A stretch of 64,000 nucleotides of DNA from the IMG/VR virus record IMGVR_UViG_3300042463_000207, positions 3,037-67,036 of that record; one strand, written 5' to 3'. This stretch comes from a virus. The notes beneath the pieces are model-generated. The model was not told where the DNA came from, made no database searches, and saw nothing but the letters and a program-made list of their open reading frames with translations. This document shows, one piece after another, positions 56,542 to 64,000 of this stretch; position 1 is the first letter of the stretch; each line of letters begins with the position of its first letter. The position numbers were made by a program, and so were the translations under genes.

Positions 56542-57102
56542 TTAACAGTTTACACAATCTAATTTGTTTAGAAGTTTAAGTGCATAGTTATATAATGACA
56601 TTCCCTTTTGTGGCTCATGACAGTATTCTACTTTAGCCTTAGCAGCTTCTAAATACATTTTAATTAGACCTAGTGCTTCAAGTCTTTGTTTAGTTTTGAG
56701 AGGTGGTTCACATGCATTTGCATCTACCTCACATAAAGTTTTATAATATCTATTGAGAGCATAGCTTATTCTCATATGATTGTATTCTACAAACACCTGA
56801 TCATTGGGAGATACACTATACTTAATTACATAAATACCATCTGGCAGATTTGCATACTGTGTCCCACAATTACTTGTTTGTAAGTTAAGATCACATGCCG
56901 TTAATGTAATATGCCCACTAGCTACAAACTCAGTCATCTGAGTTCCTTCAAGTTGAACTGAATATGCAAACCCAGGAACAGTTACATTTAATGTAGGACA
57001 AGTTACTGGCAACAGATCAAAGTATACACTTGTGTCCATAATCTTTAGAACACAGGTATTCATTACTGTTGGAACTTCTAAACTTAATACGTGATTAGCC
57101 AT
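56542..57102 (-). CDS. Putative tail hub/structural protein (186 aa)
   Basis: D.S.Y...L.VTVPGF...LPDGIY.I.YSV.P pattern; follows the putative auxiliary capsid gene as in crAss-like synteny. Confidence 0.55.
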   Translation of the reverse strand: MANHVLSLEVPTVMNTCVLKIMDTSVYFDLLPVTCPTLNVTVPGFAYSVQLEGTQMTEFVASGHITLTACDLNLQTSNCGTQYANLPDGIYVIKYSVSPNDQVFVEYNHMRISYALNRYYKTLCEVDANACEPPLKTKQRLEALGLIKMYLEAAKAKVEYCHEPQKGMSLYNYALKLLNKLDCVNC

Positions 57103-57113
57103 AGGTATTTAAT

Positions 57114-57152
57114 AAAAAAGGGGATAGGAGTTTAGAACTCTTCTCCCCTTTT
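57114..57152 (-). terminator. Intrinsic terminator after the 554-aa structural gene
   Basis: Minus strand AAAAGGGGAGAAGAGTT-CTA-AACTCCTATCCCC-TTTTTT. Confidence 0.8.
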
Positions 57153-57171
57153 GTTTAAGTTTTAATTATTC

Positions 57172-58836
57172 TTAGTTACAAGAAACTACATTGTAAGGAT
57201 TGTACAATGGAAGTGCTGGGAAATTAACACCAACATTACATACAGTATTACAAGTAAATGCTTCAACATTACATGCATTATCACAACCAGTTAACCAAGC
57301 AGTCACATCACTTACAAAAGTAGGAATTGGATTAGTTGAGAAAATAGTCAATGCATACTGATCATTATCAAATACACCAGTTGGGTTATTGAAACGTGGT
57401 ACATTGTGAATAAGTACATATCTGTAGTATAATGCTCCACGGTCAATTGCACCAATGATCTGGTTACCTTGAGTAATCTCACGGATACGGAAATCAGTAG
57501 CCAAGAAGTTTTGTCTGTAAGACTCAGAAAGAACAAGTTCTCTAAGAACTGTTTCACCAAGACCTTGAACTTGAAGACCATCACATTGTGTAACTACACA
57601 AAGTGTTTGGAACAAACAAGGCTCACCTGTATAGTCTACTTCAGAAGCATAAAGTTTAACTGGCTCTTTTTCATAGAAGTCAGAAACTTGGAATGTACAG
57701 TCACCAAATCTTGTGTCAACATAAGCACCGTTAAGGATAAGACCAGCACATCTACCATCTACGTGAGCAGTAGCAGGATATAGATCCCAAGTAGTTGCAC
57801 CATTTGCAGCTAAGAAAGCAGCAGATGTTCCTGGAGCATATAGTAATTGACCATTTTCAGCTTGTACAACTGGTTGAATAAATGGAGCAATGATTGGGTT
57901 ATTTACAATTGCATTAGCCCATTTGATCATTACTTCAGTTGAGTCAACTGCAGTTGGAGCAATAGCATCTGGTGCACAACATCCTGTGTATGCATCAACA
58001 GTTGCATAAGCATTGTGATTTAAGAAACGTAATGCAGGAGAACCTTTTACATCCAAACGAAGGTAGTAAGTCTCACCACATAAAAATTCTTTGCAGCAGT
58101 CAGCATCAGTACCACAACCAACTTGCGGATGTGCATCAGTTACATCAGTAATTGTATATACTGCAAGAGTACCAGGAGTTCCTGAAGGTGAGTTGATTGT
58201 TACAGTGTTACCTACAACATATCCTTTACCTGGATTAACAATACCTGTTACTGTTGGTACACCAGCAGCAATAGTAATTGCTAATTCTAAACCTATACCT
58301 GTACCAGTTACGTTAGTTGTATTAACTCCTACAGCTGTAGTAGAGTTAGGTGCATAACCAACACCTGGAGTAGTAATAGAACCAGCTTCTACACCACCAC
58401 CTGCAGTCCAGAATGTAGAACCTACGTGGATCACATTGTTTTGTGGAACACATGGAGCTACAGAATAGAAACGTGATACATACTTAGGGTTGATCATTTT
58501 AGACTTGTTAGTCTCTTGATAACCACCTGCTAAAGGACCAATCTTATCATTGTCATAAATTGCAGAACCTGCAAGATATACATTACAACAAGAAGATGGA
58601 GTAATAGTCAAGTTAGTTGATGGGCTAAAGATACCAAAGTAACCATTTGCATACTCAGAAGCAGCAGATGCTTTTAATTGGTTCAAACCGTAAGTTGGTA
58701 CACCATCAGTAGTAACATAACCAAACTCAGTGGAAGTAGAAATAGGTGTAGTACCCAATCTATCAACCGCAACACTTGCGCGAGTAGCACCAGTGCCTAA
58801 GAAAGCTTTTTGAAAAGCATGATTAAAATAAGCCAT
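57172..58836 (-). CDS. Abundant structural protein, probable auxiliary capsid protein (554 aa)
   Basis: Has its own promoter-like motif and terminator. Beta-rich T/G/V composition with CGETY.LRLD.KG motif. Position after the ring gene matches the crAss auxiliary capsid gene; the function is inferred from synteny. Confidence 0.55.
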   Translation of the reverse strand: MAYFNHAFQKAFLGTGATRASVAVDRLGTTPISTSTEFGYVTTDGVPTYGLNQLKASAASEYANGYFGIFSPSTNLTITPSSCCNVYLAGSAIYDNDKIGPLAGGYQETNKSKMINPKYVSRFYSVAPCVPQNNVIHVGSTFWTAGGGVEAGSITTPGVGYAPNSTTAVGVNTTNVTGTGIGLELAITIAAGVPTVTGIVNPGKGYVVGNTVTINSPSGTPGTLAVYTITDVTDAHPQVGCGTDADCCKEFLCGETYYLRLDVKGSPALRFLNHNAYATVDAYTGCCAPDAIAPTAVDSTEVMIKWANAIVNNPIIAPFIQPVVQAENGQLLYAPGTSAAFLAANGATTWDLYPATAHVDGRCAGLILNGAYVDTRFGDCTFQVSDFYEKEPVKLYASEVDYTGEPCLFQTLCVVTQCDGLQVQGLGETVLRELVLSESYRQNFLATDFRIREITQGNQIIGAIDRGALYYRYVLIHNVPRFNNPTGVFDNDQYALTIFSTNPIPTFVSDVTAWLTGCDNACNVEAFTCNTVCNVGVNFPALPLYNPYNVVSCN

Positions 58837-58862
58837 TTTTTCTAATTTTTAATTAATAAACA

Positions 58863-58895
58863 TATATTATAATATAGTGAAAGTTTTTAAAACTT
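58863..58895 (-). promoter_or_regulatory. Putative late promoter with AAGTTTT/AAAACTT inverted repeat
   Basis: Minus strand ACTATATTATAATATA (58863-58878) preceded by the inverted repeat AAGTTTT-T-AAAACTT (58881-58895). Confidence 0.45.
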
Positions 58896-58900
58896 CCAAA

Positions 58901-59419
58901 TTATTTCAAGAAAAGTAATTTATACTTAGTTGAATTAATAGAGTCTTTAACAAGATCCAGATTATTTACTATCTCTGAGTAAGGCATCATACCTTGGAGC
59001 TTGTTAATTGTATTATATAGATCTCTTAAATAACCTACAGCATCTGCAGTAGTATCTAGAGTTCTAATTGGCATGTCTGTATATTTCAGAAGTTTTTCTG
59101 CTATACCTTGATATCCTTCTACAAGAGTATCTGCATGTCCATGTAATCCTTCATAAAATTCTCCTAGTGCTTTGTGTGCAGCATAAGAACCATCACCAGT
59201 AACTTTTAAATGAAGTCTGTGAAAACTAGTTGCAGCATTCATCATTTCTGTAGCACATGCTGCTGTCATTGTATCTAATGAACTACCACCAACTCCAGCA
59301 TCTGGAGTAGGTTGTGGTTTAGCTGGTTCACTCTTAGGTTGTGTAACAGTGACTTGTGGTCTGCTAAGTGTTTTAGCTGGCTCTGGATTTCTTTTTAATA
59401 GTCTTGTTTTATTTTCCAT
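58901..59419 (-). CDS. Ferritin/Dps-like four-helix protein (DUF5856-like) with Pro-rich N-terminal extension
   Basis: FHRLHL...SYAAHKALGEFYE.L...D.LVEGYQG pattern resembles the Dps ferroxidase-type H...H...D..E motif. Confidence 0.75.
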   Translation of the reverse strand: MENKTRLLKRNPEPAKTLSRPQVTVTQPKSEPAKPQPTPDAGVGGSSLDTMTAACATEMMNAATSFHRLHLKVTGDGSYAAHKALGEFYEGLHGHADTLVEGYQGIAEKLLKYTDMPIRTLDTTADAVGYLRDLYNTINKLQGMMPYSEIVNNLDLVKDSINSTKYKLLFLK

Positions 59420-59421
59420 GA

Positions 59422-60120
59422 TTAATTGTTACGTTCTGCTGTTTCTGTACCTCTAGAGAATTGGTTTCCTGACTCAATGTCTCCAGCAAGAATACTTGCT
59501 GCTTCATCAATTATTAATTCTACTATATCATCCTTAAATTCACATTCTACATTCTGTGTAGATTGTACACTTGTATATGGGTCTACACATCCTTGTATCT
59601 GAATTTTAATTGGCTGTCTATAATAAATTAGATCTGCACTCTGTATTTCAAATTCATTGTTAGTATAGATATGTGTGGTATTACCAATGAGAGTAGCAAA
59701 TGTTTCACCCCACTCAAAGTTTGGCTGCTTACCCTTGTCTCTTAGAAGAACATTAAGATCTCCTTCTTGAGCAAGATATACTGTCATTCTTCTTTTCTCA
59801 CAGCATTCTTGTTTAGCAAGAACATCTACTCTTTTCCACTGTAAATAGTTTTCAGGAAGATTGCCAAAGTAATAATATTCTTTATCTGAAAGTGTAAGTG
59901 GTTCTCTATTAAGTAATACTTGTAGATCATCTTTTCTACGAGTAGAACCTTCATCACCTTCTTTAACCAAGTTAATGCCATGCAATTGTCTTCTAGCCCA
60001 CTCAACCTGTGCTTTATTAAATGCCTCAACTATTTGCCAACATTCAATGTTGTCATAGTCCTGGCTATCTAATTTATTTAGCCGTTGCTTGATCTTTATT
60101 TCAATTGTACTATTTAACAT
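59422..60120 (-). CDS. Ring / head-tail adaptor protein
   Basis: LNKLDS....I...FNKAQ.E...DDL..L...LP.NYL...Y.R.P...CE......IID.A pattern of crAss ring proteins. Confidence 0.7.
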   Translation of the reverse strand: MLNSTIEIKIKQRLNKLDSQDYDNIECWQIVEAFNKAQVEWARRQLHGINLVKEGDEGSTRRKDDLQVLLNREPLTLSDKEYYYFGNLPENYLQWKRVDVLAKQECCEKRRMTVYLAQEGDLNVLLRDKGKQPNFEWGETFATLIGNTTHIYTNNEFEIQSADLIYYRQPIKIQIQGCVDPYTSVQSTQNVECEFKDDIVELIIDEAASILAGDIESGNQFSRGTETAERNN

Positions 60121-60123
60121 TTC

Positions 60124-60483
60124 TTATCTTTTTTTAGCCATCTTTTTTAAAGTAATAGCAAGTGCTTTTCTCTTTGGGGTACAAGTAGATTTAGTCATTG
60201 GAGTGCAGTAACCCTTATGTGCAGGATTAATTGCTTTCTGTATCCACTTTTTATCACCAGTAGATCCGCCTTTTTTTGCATATCTTAGAGGTTCTTCTTT
60301 AATTAATGGAGCTGTGCCAGAACTAGGCTTTGCAACTTTATTAATTACACCTTTAACAGTTCTTGTTTCTTTAACTGTTTCTGGTGCACCATATCTTTTC
60401 TTAACTGTTGTTTTATAATTACCGTCAGGTGAATAAAACTTTTGTTTAGACTCTCTTGGTGAAGTACTCTTTTTAACAGGCAT
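60124..60483 (-). CDS. Small basic protein (119 aa)
   Basis: Lys-rich; YAKKGG followed by KKWIQKAI...KRKALA.TLKKM, a module common in small phage proteins. Confidence 0.65.
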   Translation of the reverse strand: MPVKKSTSPRESKQKFYSPDGNYKTTVKKRYGAPETVKETRTVKGVINKVAKPSSGTAPLIKEEPLRYAKKGGSTGDKKWIQKAINPAHKGYCTPMTKSTCTPKRKALAITLKKMAKKR

Positions 60484-60485
60484 GA

Positions 60486-60788
60486 CTATTTTCTTTTAGT
60501 AGTTGTACGTTTTGCAACTGCACCACCTCTTTTTGCAATAAGATCAGAATTTTTCTTAGCTGCTCTTTTTGCTTGTCTAACAGGTTTGTTCTCCTTTATG
60601 TTTTTTGCAACTCTGGTTCCAATTGCAGCAAGACCTGCTCCAATAATGCCGGCACCAATTTTTGCACTTGTATTACCAAGTATTCCTGGTTTTTTTGCCC
60701 ATGGAACACACTTACCATCTACACAACCATGTTGTGGAGGACAGTCTGATCCGTAATTACAATCCTGACTTTTTTTACTTACTGCCAT
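60486..60788 (-). CDS. Small basic protein with Cys knot and hydrophobic segment (100 aa)
   Basis: CNYGSDCPPQHGCVDGKCVP, then IGAGIIGAGLAAIG, then a K/R-rich tail with AKRGG. Confidence 0.6.
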   Translation of the reverse strand: MAVSKKSQDCNYGSDCPPQHGCVDGKCVPWAKKPGILGNTSAKIGAGIIGAGLAAIGTRVAKNIKENKPVRQAKRAAKKNSDLIAKRGGAVAKRTTTKRK

Positions 60789-60790
60789 AA

Positions 60791-61207
60791 CTATTTCTTT
60801 TTTCTAATTGTACCCCCCATTTTCTTACGTGTACCTACAGGAACAGTACCTACACCAGATGAAGATCTAACTCTACCTGGAGCTGGAGAACGTTGTACTG
60901 GAACAGATGCTCCAAACTTAGCTTTCTTTTTAGCACCAACAATTCTGTCTGCTGCAGTAGGCTTAGGGTTTTTATCCACACCGGCTTTTACTGAAAGCAT
61001 ACCAAAACTAGTTGCACCTCCTTTAGCCATCTTCTTAACCATACCACCTTTCTTCATGGTATCAATACCTTGATAGTTGGGACCAGTAGGACCAGTTTGT
61101 GGAATACCATAAATTTGACCGCCATCAGCCATCTTCTTTACTTTCTTAACAGTTCCTCCGGATTTCATTTTACCGCAACCTGTTTTACAAGTCTTCAACA
61201 TTTTCAT
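60791..61207 (-). CDS. Small basic protein with multiple M-x-x-GG motifs (138 aa)
   Basis: MKSGG, MADGG, MKKGG, MAKGG and KMGG, plus FGMLSVKAGVDKNPKPT.ADRI.GAK. Confidence 0.65.
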   Translation of the reverse strand: MKMLKTCKTGCGKMKSGGTVKKVKKMADGGQIYGIPQTGPTGPNYQGIDTMKKGGMVKKMAKGGATSFGMLSVKAGVDKNPKPTAADRIVGAKKKAKFGASVPVQRSPAPGRVRSSSGVGTVPVGTRKKMGGTIRKKK

Positions 61208-61219
61208 CTTATATAATTT

Positions 61220-61501
61220 TTAACAGTTCCACTTTCTCAAAGACTTATTGATCCTTGAGTTAGGATCATTTGCTGTCTTTGAACTTGTAAGTTTTTTCTT
61301 CATACCAGACATTCTAGCACAAAAAGATTTTCTCCTATTAGCATCTTTACTATCTGGAGCAAGCTTTGATGGTTTAGTAGTTACAGCAGTTTTAAGTTTA
61401 CTGCCTGGATTGGCTTTTCTATAAGAAGCAACACCTTTAGCATTAAGACCTCCTGATGGATTCTTACCTTCTTTTCTTTGCCATGCTGGGGACTTTGCCA
61501 T
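61220..61501 (-). CDS. Small basic phage protein, DUF6321-like
   Basis: MAKSPAWQRKEGKNPSGGLNAKG.ASY...RRKSFCARMSG...DPNSRINKSLRKWNC is a recognisable widespread phage family. Confidence 0.75.
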   Translation of the reverse strand: MAKSPAWQRKEGKNPSGGLNAKGVASYRKANPGSKLKTAVTTKPSKLAPDSKDANRRKSFCARMSGMKKKLTSSKTANDPNSRINKSLRKWNC

Positions 61502-61503
61502 TG

Positions 61504-61842
61504 TTATGCTTTTTTAACTCTTCTTCCCATGCCTACTCTAGACTTCTCAGCTTTCTTAGCAGCTAGTTTAGAAGGAGTTAATTCATACTTTGTTTTAGGT
61601 GTATCTTTAGATACTTTTCTTGTTGGCCGGCAGTATTCATTTTTACCACCGGCACCACAAGCTTTTCCAGATTTTGTATCTTGCCACTTCTCTGCTTGCC
61701 ATCTTTTAAGATCACTACCAGCTTTAGTTTTCCTAACATTACCAGAACCTTTACGGCACTTAGCAATAGCCTGCGAAGCCCTAGCTGAAGGAAACACAGC
61801 ATACTGTGCTTTTACTTTAGAATAGCATGCATCTTTTGGCAT
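61504..61842 (-). CDS. Small basic phage protein, DUF5872-like
   Basis: KDACY.KVK..Y.V.PSA.AS.A..KCRK and LKRW..EKW.D...G..CG....YCRP..KVS..TPKT motifs. Confidence 0.7.
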   Translation of the reverse strand: MPKDACYSKVKAQYAVFPSARASQAIAKCRKGSGNVRKTKAGSDLKRWQAEKWQDTKSGKACGAGGKNEYCRPTRKVSKDTPKTKYELTPSKLAAKKAEKSRVGMGRRVKKA

Positions 61843-61847
61843 AGTAA

Positions 61848-62717
61848 TTATTTCTTACGCATTACCATACCATACTTAGCTTTAGGTACAGCAGTCTTAG
61901 GAGCAGAACTTGTTCCACCAACTCTACCTCTAGCAACTTTAGATGCAGCAGCTTTAGGATTAACTCCAGATTTAACACCTTTTGATCCAGCAGATTTTAA
62001 TGCAGAAACTTTTGCATTAGAGTTTACCATACCACCTGTTTTGTATCTTACAGGACTTTTAACACTATCTTTATTTACTGTTTTAACACTAGTTCTTGTA
62101 TATTCTGGTTTTGGTTTACCTGCAGGAATATTAGGTTTAGTTACAGTTTTACCAGTAGTTTTTGTAGATCCTGGAGTAGTTTTAGGCGTTCTAGGAGCTT
62201 CATTATTATTAACTGTAGATGTAGAATTTGATGTAGATGTAGATGTAGAAACTGATCTTGGAGTTTTAGCTCTAGCAGTTCCTGCCATTGTAGATACACG
62301 TTTAGCTCTGTTATCTCTTTTTTGAGCAACAGTACCTTCTCCTTCAATCTTAGCAACAGTTGCTTTTGTCTCTGCTCTACCTACCTTTTTAGCTTGTCTT
62401 CTTTCAAAACCGGTCATTCCACCATCTTGATACTTTCTAACAGAGCCACCTTTTTTCATTCCACCAGGACCACTCATACCAGTTCTTGTATCTCTAACTG
62501 CATCAGCAACTTGAGCTGCACTTGCTGCAGTTTTAGCTACATTACCAGTAATATTTGCAACTTTTTCGTATGTAGAGGGTTCTGTACCAGCATTGATTCT
62601 ATTAAGTTTAGCTTGCATTTTAGCTTGCTTGATATCTTGTCTGGTTACTGGACCTGGGCCGCCATCTTCATATTTTTTAACTTTGCCGCCCATTTTCTTT
62701 TTGACCATTTTTTTCAT
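61848..62717 (-). CDS. Basic low-complexity protein with multiple x-x-x-GG motifs (289 aa)
   Basis: K/T/A/G-rich with KMGG, YEDGG, MKKGG, YQDGG and YKTGG. Confidence 0.7.
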   Translation of the reverse strand: MKKMVKKKMGGKVKKYEDGGPGPVTRQDIKQAKMQAKLNRINAGTEPSTYEKVANITGNVAKTAASAAQVADAVRDTRTGMSGPGGMKKGGSVRKYQDGGMTGFERRQAKKVGRAETKATVAKIEGEGTVAQKRDNRAKRVSTMAGTARAKTPRSVSTSTSTSNSTSTVNNNEAPRTPKTTPGSTKTTGKTVTKPNIPAGKPKPEYTRTSVKTVNKDSVKSPVRYKTGGMVNSNAKVSALKSAGSKGVKSGVNPKAAASKVARGRVGGTSSAPKTAVPKAKYGMVMRKK

Positions 62718-62729
62718 TTTATTTTAAGT

Positions 62730-63746
62730 TTAAGAATTCCAAAATTTCTCACAGGCTTTGTTGAGATCAATTAGAACATCCTCATTGAGTGGGTTCTTCA
62801 AGTACTCTATTACATCTGATACATTCCTTCCTAACATTGAATTAGTTTTAGAATGATAGATATAACCATCAGCCTTATTAATAATATACTTAAAAAATAT
62901 GGAATCTCTTACAATTGACTTAATTTTAAGTGTTTCCATATCCATATTTACAGCTTCAAGGAAAGACTTAGCTGCTCTTTCTTTGTTGCTCTCAACACCT
63001 TCACCATTAATGTACAAGTCCATGTTCTCATACATAACATCATTAGGTGTTGATTTTCTATATTGTGTACTGTTACCATCTACTACTTTAGCTACATAGA
63101 ATAGTTTAGTACTGTTTTTGTCAAATAATTTCTGAAGTTCAGAAAGTGCTTTGTTACGCATTTTCTTGTATTCAGTTCTTGCAACAACTGTCTGTTCTTG
63201 TTTGTCTAAGTAAAACTTAGGTGGAACAGCTCTTGATCTTGCATCATCAAAACTTTTTGCTACAATAGAAAAACCTCCAGCTTCAATAGCATAAAGTTTA
63301 ATTCTATCATATGGATCTGTAGGATCTAAGAATAAAGGATCATTACCACATGCAATATGAATTCTATTCCAGAAGTCTTTATTGTCAGGTTTAAGTAACT
63401 TTACTTTGTTCCAGAACTGAGGATCATCAATCTCTATAACATTAGCTGCTAACTCTGTCTCAAGTTCAGCAATAGCTGTTCTAATTTCTTTTACTCTTGC
63501 TTCTTTGTCATTACCTTTTAGAAGTTTAATCTCTGGTGCAAATTCATTTAGACCGGTAAGATATCTAATAACTCCGTTTTGCTCTAAGCAAGCAAGTTGT
63601 TCAAAGTGCTTAACTCCGTCATACAGAGATAAGCCATAATTTTCTAGTCCCATATTAGAGACTGCATTGTCAAAGAACGGTCTTACAGCAATTGCTGTTT
63701 TCTTTACGGTACCATTGCCCGTTTCTACCATTGTGAAATTTTCCAT
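62730..63746 (-). CDS. Conserved crAss-like protein encoded directly after the major capsid gene (338 aa)
   Basis: Y.TGL.E...LE..L...FW...LD..DP.D...G.......YL.NP.N pattern and position immediately downstream of the major capsid gene. Confidence 0.65.
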   Translation of the reverse strand: MENFTMVETGNGTVKKTAIAVRPFFDNAVSNMGLENYGLSLYDGVKHFEQLACLEQNGVIRYLTGLNEFAPEIKLLKGNDKEARVKEIRTAIAELETELAANVIEIDDPQFWNKVKLLKPDNKDFWNRIHIACGNDPLFLDPTDPYDRIKLYAIEAGGFSIVAKSFDDARSRAVPPKFYLDKQEQTVVARTEYKKMRNKALSELQKLFDKNSTKLFYVAKVVDGNSTQYRKSTPNDVMYENMDLYINGEGVESNKERAAKSFLEAVNMDMETLKIKSIVRDSIFFKYIINKADGYIYHSKTNSMLGRNVSDVIEYLKNPLNEDVLIDLNKACEKFWNS

Positions 63747-63785
63747 GTTTTGTTGGTTTTATTTTTATGTTGGTTAAATATAAAG

Positions 63786-63813
63786 AAAAAAAGGGAGGAG
63801 TTTCCCCCTCCCT
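63786..63813 (-). terminator. Intrinsic terminator after major capsid gene
   Basis: Minus strand AGGGAGGGG-GAAA-CTCCTCCCT stem with a GNRA loop, followed by TTTTTT. Confidence 0.85.
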
Positions 63814-63830
63814 CTCCTTTCTAGTTTAGA

Positions 63831-63998
63831 TTAGAATGATCCACCTGTTACAGGGTTTCTCATAACAATTTTTAAAACTTTAGTTGGGTCTTTAACCCAG
63901 ATAGCTGGCATTGTTTGGCTCATCATTACACGGTAACCATTGAACTGACCAGAAGACTGGAAGCCTTGGCTACGTCCCATGTAGTCCATAGTACCATT
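63831..63998 (-). CDS. Major capsid protein, C-terminal fragment (truncated by window edge; not in ORF track)
   Basis: Manual translation gives NGTMDYMGRSQGFQSSGQFNGYRVMMSQTMPAIWVKDPTKVLKIVMRNPVTGGSF*. IWVKDPT resembles the crAss MCP C-terminus, and a strong terminator follows. Confidence 0.75.
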   Translation of the reverse strand, partial: NGTMDYMGRSQGFQSSGQFNGYRVMMSQTMPAIWVKDPTKVLKIVMRNPVTGGSF

Positions 63999-64000
63999 TT

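Noticed and set aside
62215-62249. Short GATGTA tandem repeat
   Set aside because: It simply encodes the STSTSTS low-complexity linker; no evidence of a separate function.
4153-63099. Numerous 60-150 aa plus-strand and off-frame ORFs in the track overlapping the large minus-strand genes
   Set aside because: They are antisense or alternative-frame shadows with S/L/I/F-rich composition, lying fully inside long motif-bearing genes, and show no recognisable motifs.
1-64000. Stop-codon reassignment (TAG or TGA recoding known in some crAss-like phages)
   Set aside because: Genes up to 14.7 kb are uninterrupted in code 11. TAG (30913, 60486, 60791) and TGA (27826, 51505) serve as normal stops at tight gene boundaries.
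1-64000. CRISPR array, tRNA/rRNA genes, IS elements, integrase
   Set aside because: Intergenic gaps are all under about 120 bp and are occupied by terminators or promoter-like motifs. No regularly spaced repeats, cloverleaf or transposase motifs were seen by eye; a tRNAscan/Infernal run would confirm.

Overview
This window is a 64 kb segment of an AT-rich crAss-like (Crassvirales-type) tailed phage genome, probably infecting Bacteroidota. The left 3 kb (+ strand) is the end of the replication/metabolism module: family B DNA polymerase C-terminus, a DUF932-like protein, a MazG-like NTP pyrophosphohydrolase, a hot-dog thioesterase and two small ORFs. It converges on a ~61 kb minus-strand virion module. 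Read in transcription order from the right end, that module contains: major capsid protein C-terminus, a conserved post-capsid gene, six small basic proteins, a ring protein, a ferritin/Dps-like protein, a probable auxiliary capsid protein, very Cys-rich tail/fibre genes, an IHF-like gene, two ring proteins, a muzzle/tail stabilization protein, three cargo proteins punctuated by a recurring x-x-x-GG motif (one carrying lysozyme, two zincin and amidase domains), a 1006-aa cargo protein, and three giant ejection proteins including a 4902-aa virion RNA polymerase (DFDVD). The most striking observation is that the three giant proteins (8259 aa in total) contain only four cysteines by manual reading. 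All four lie at adjoining termini, and the genes are in one reading frame separated by Cys-TAA-NNN-ATG, suggesting a head-to-tail disulfide-linked ejection chain. All family assignments come from motif recognition and gene order, not from database searches.
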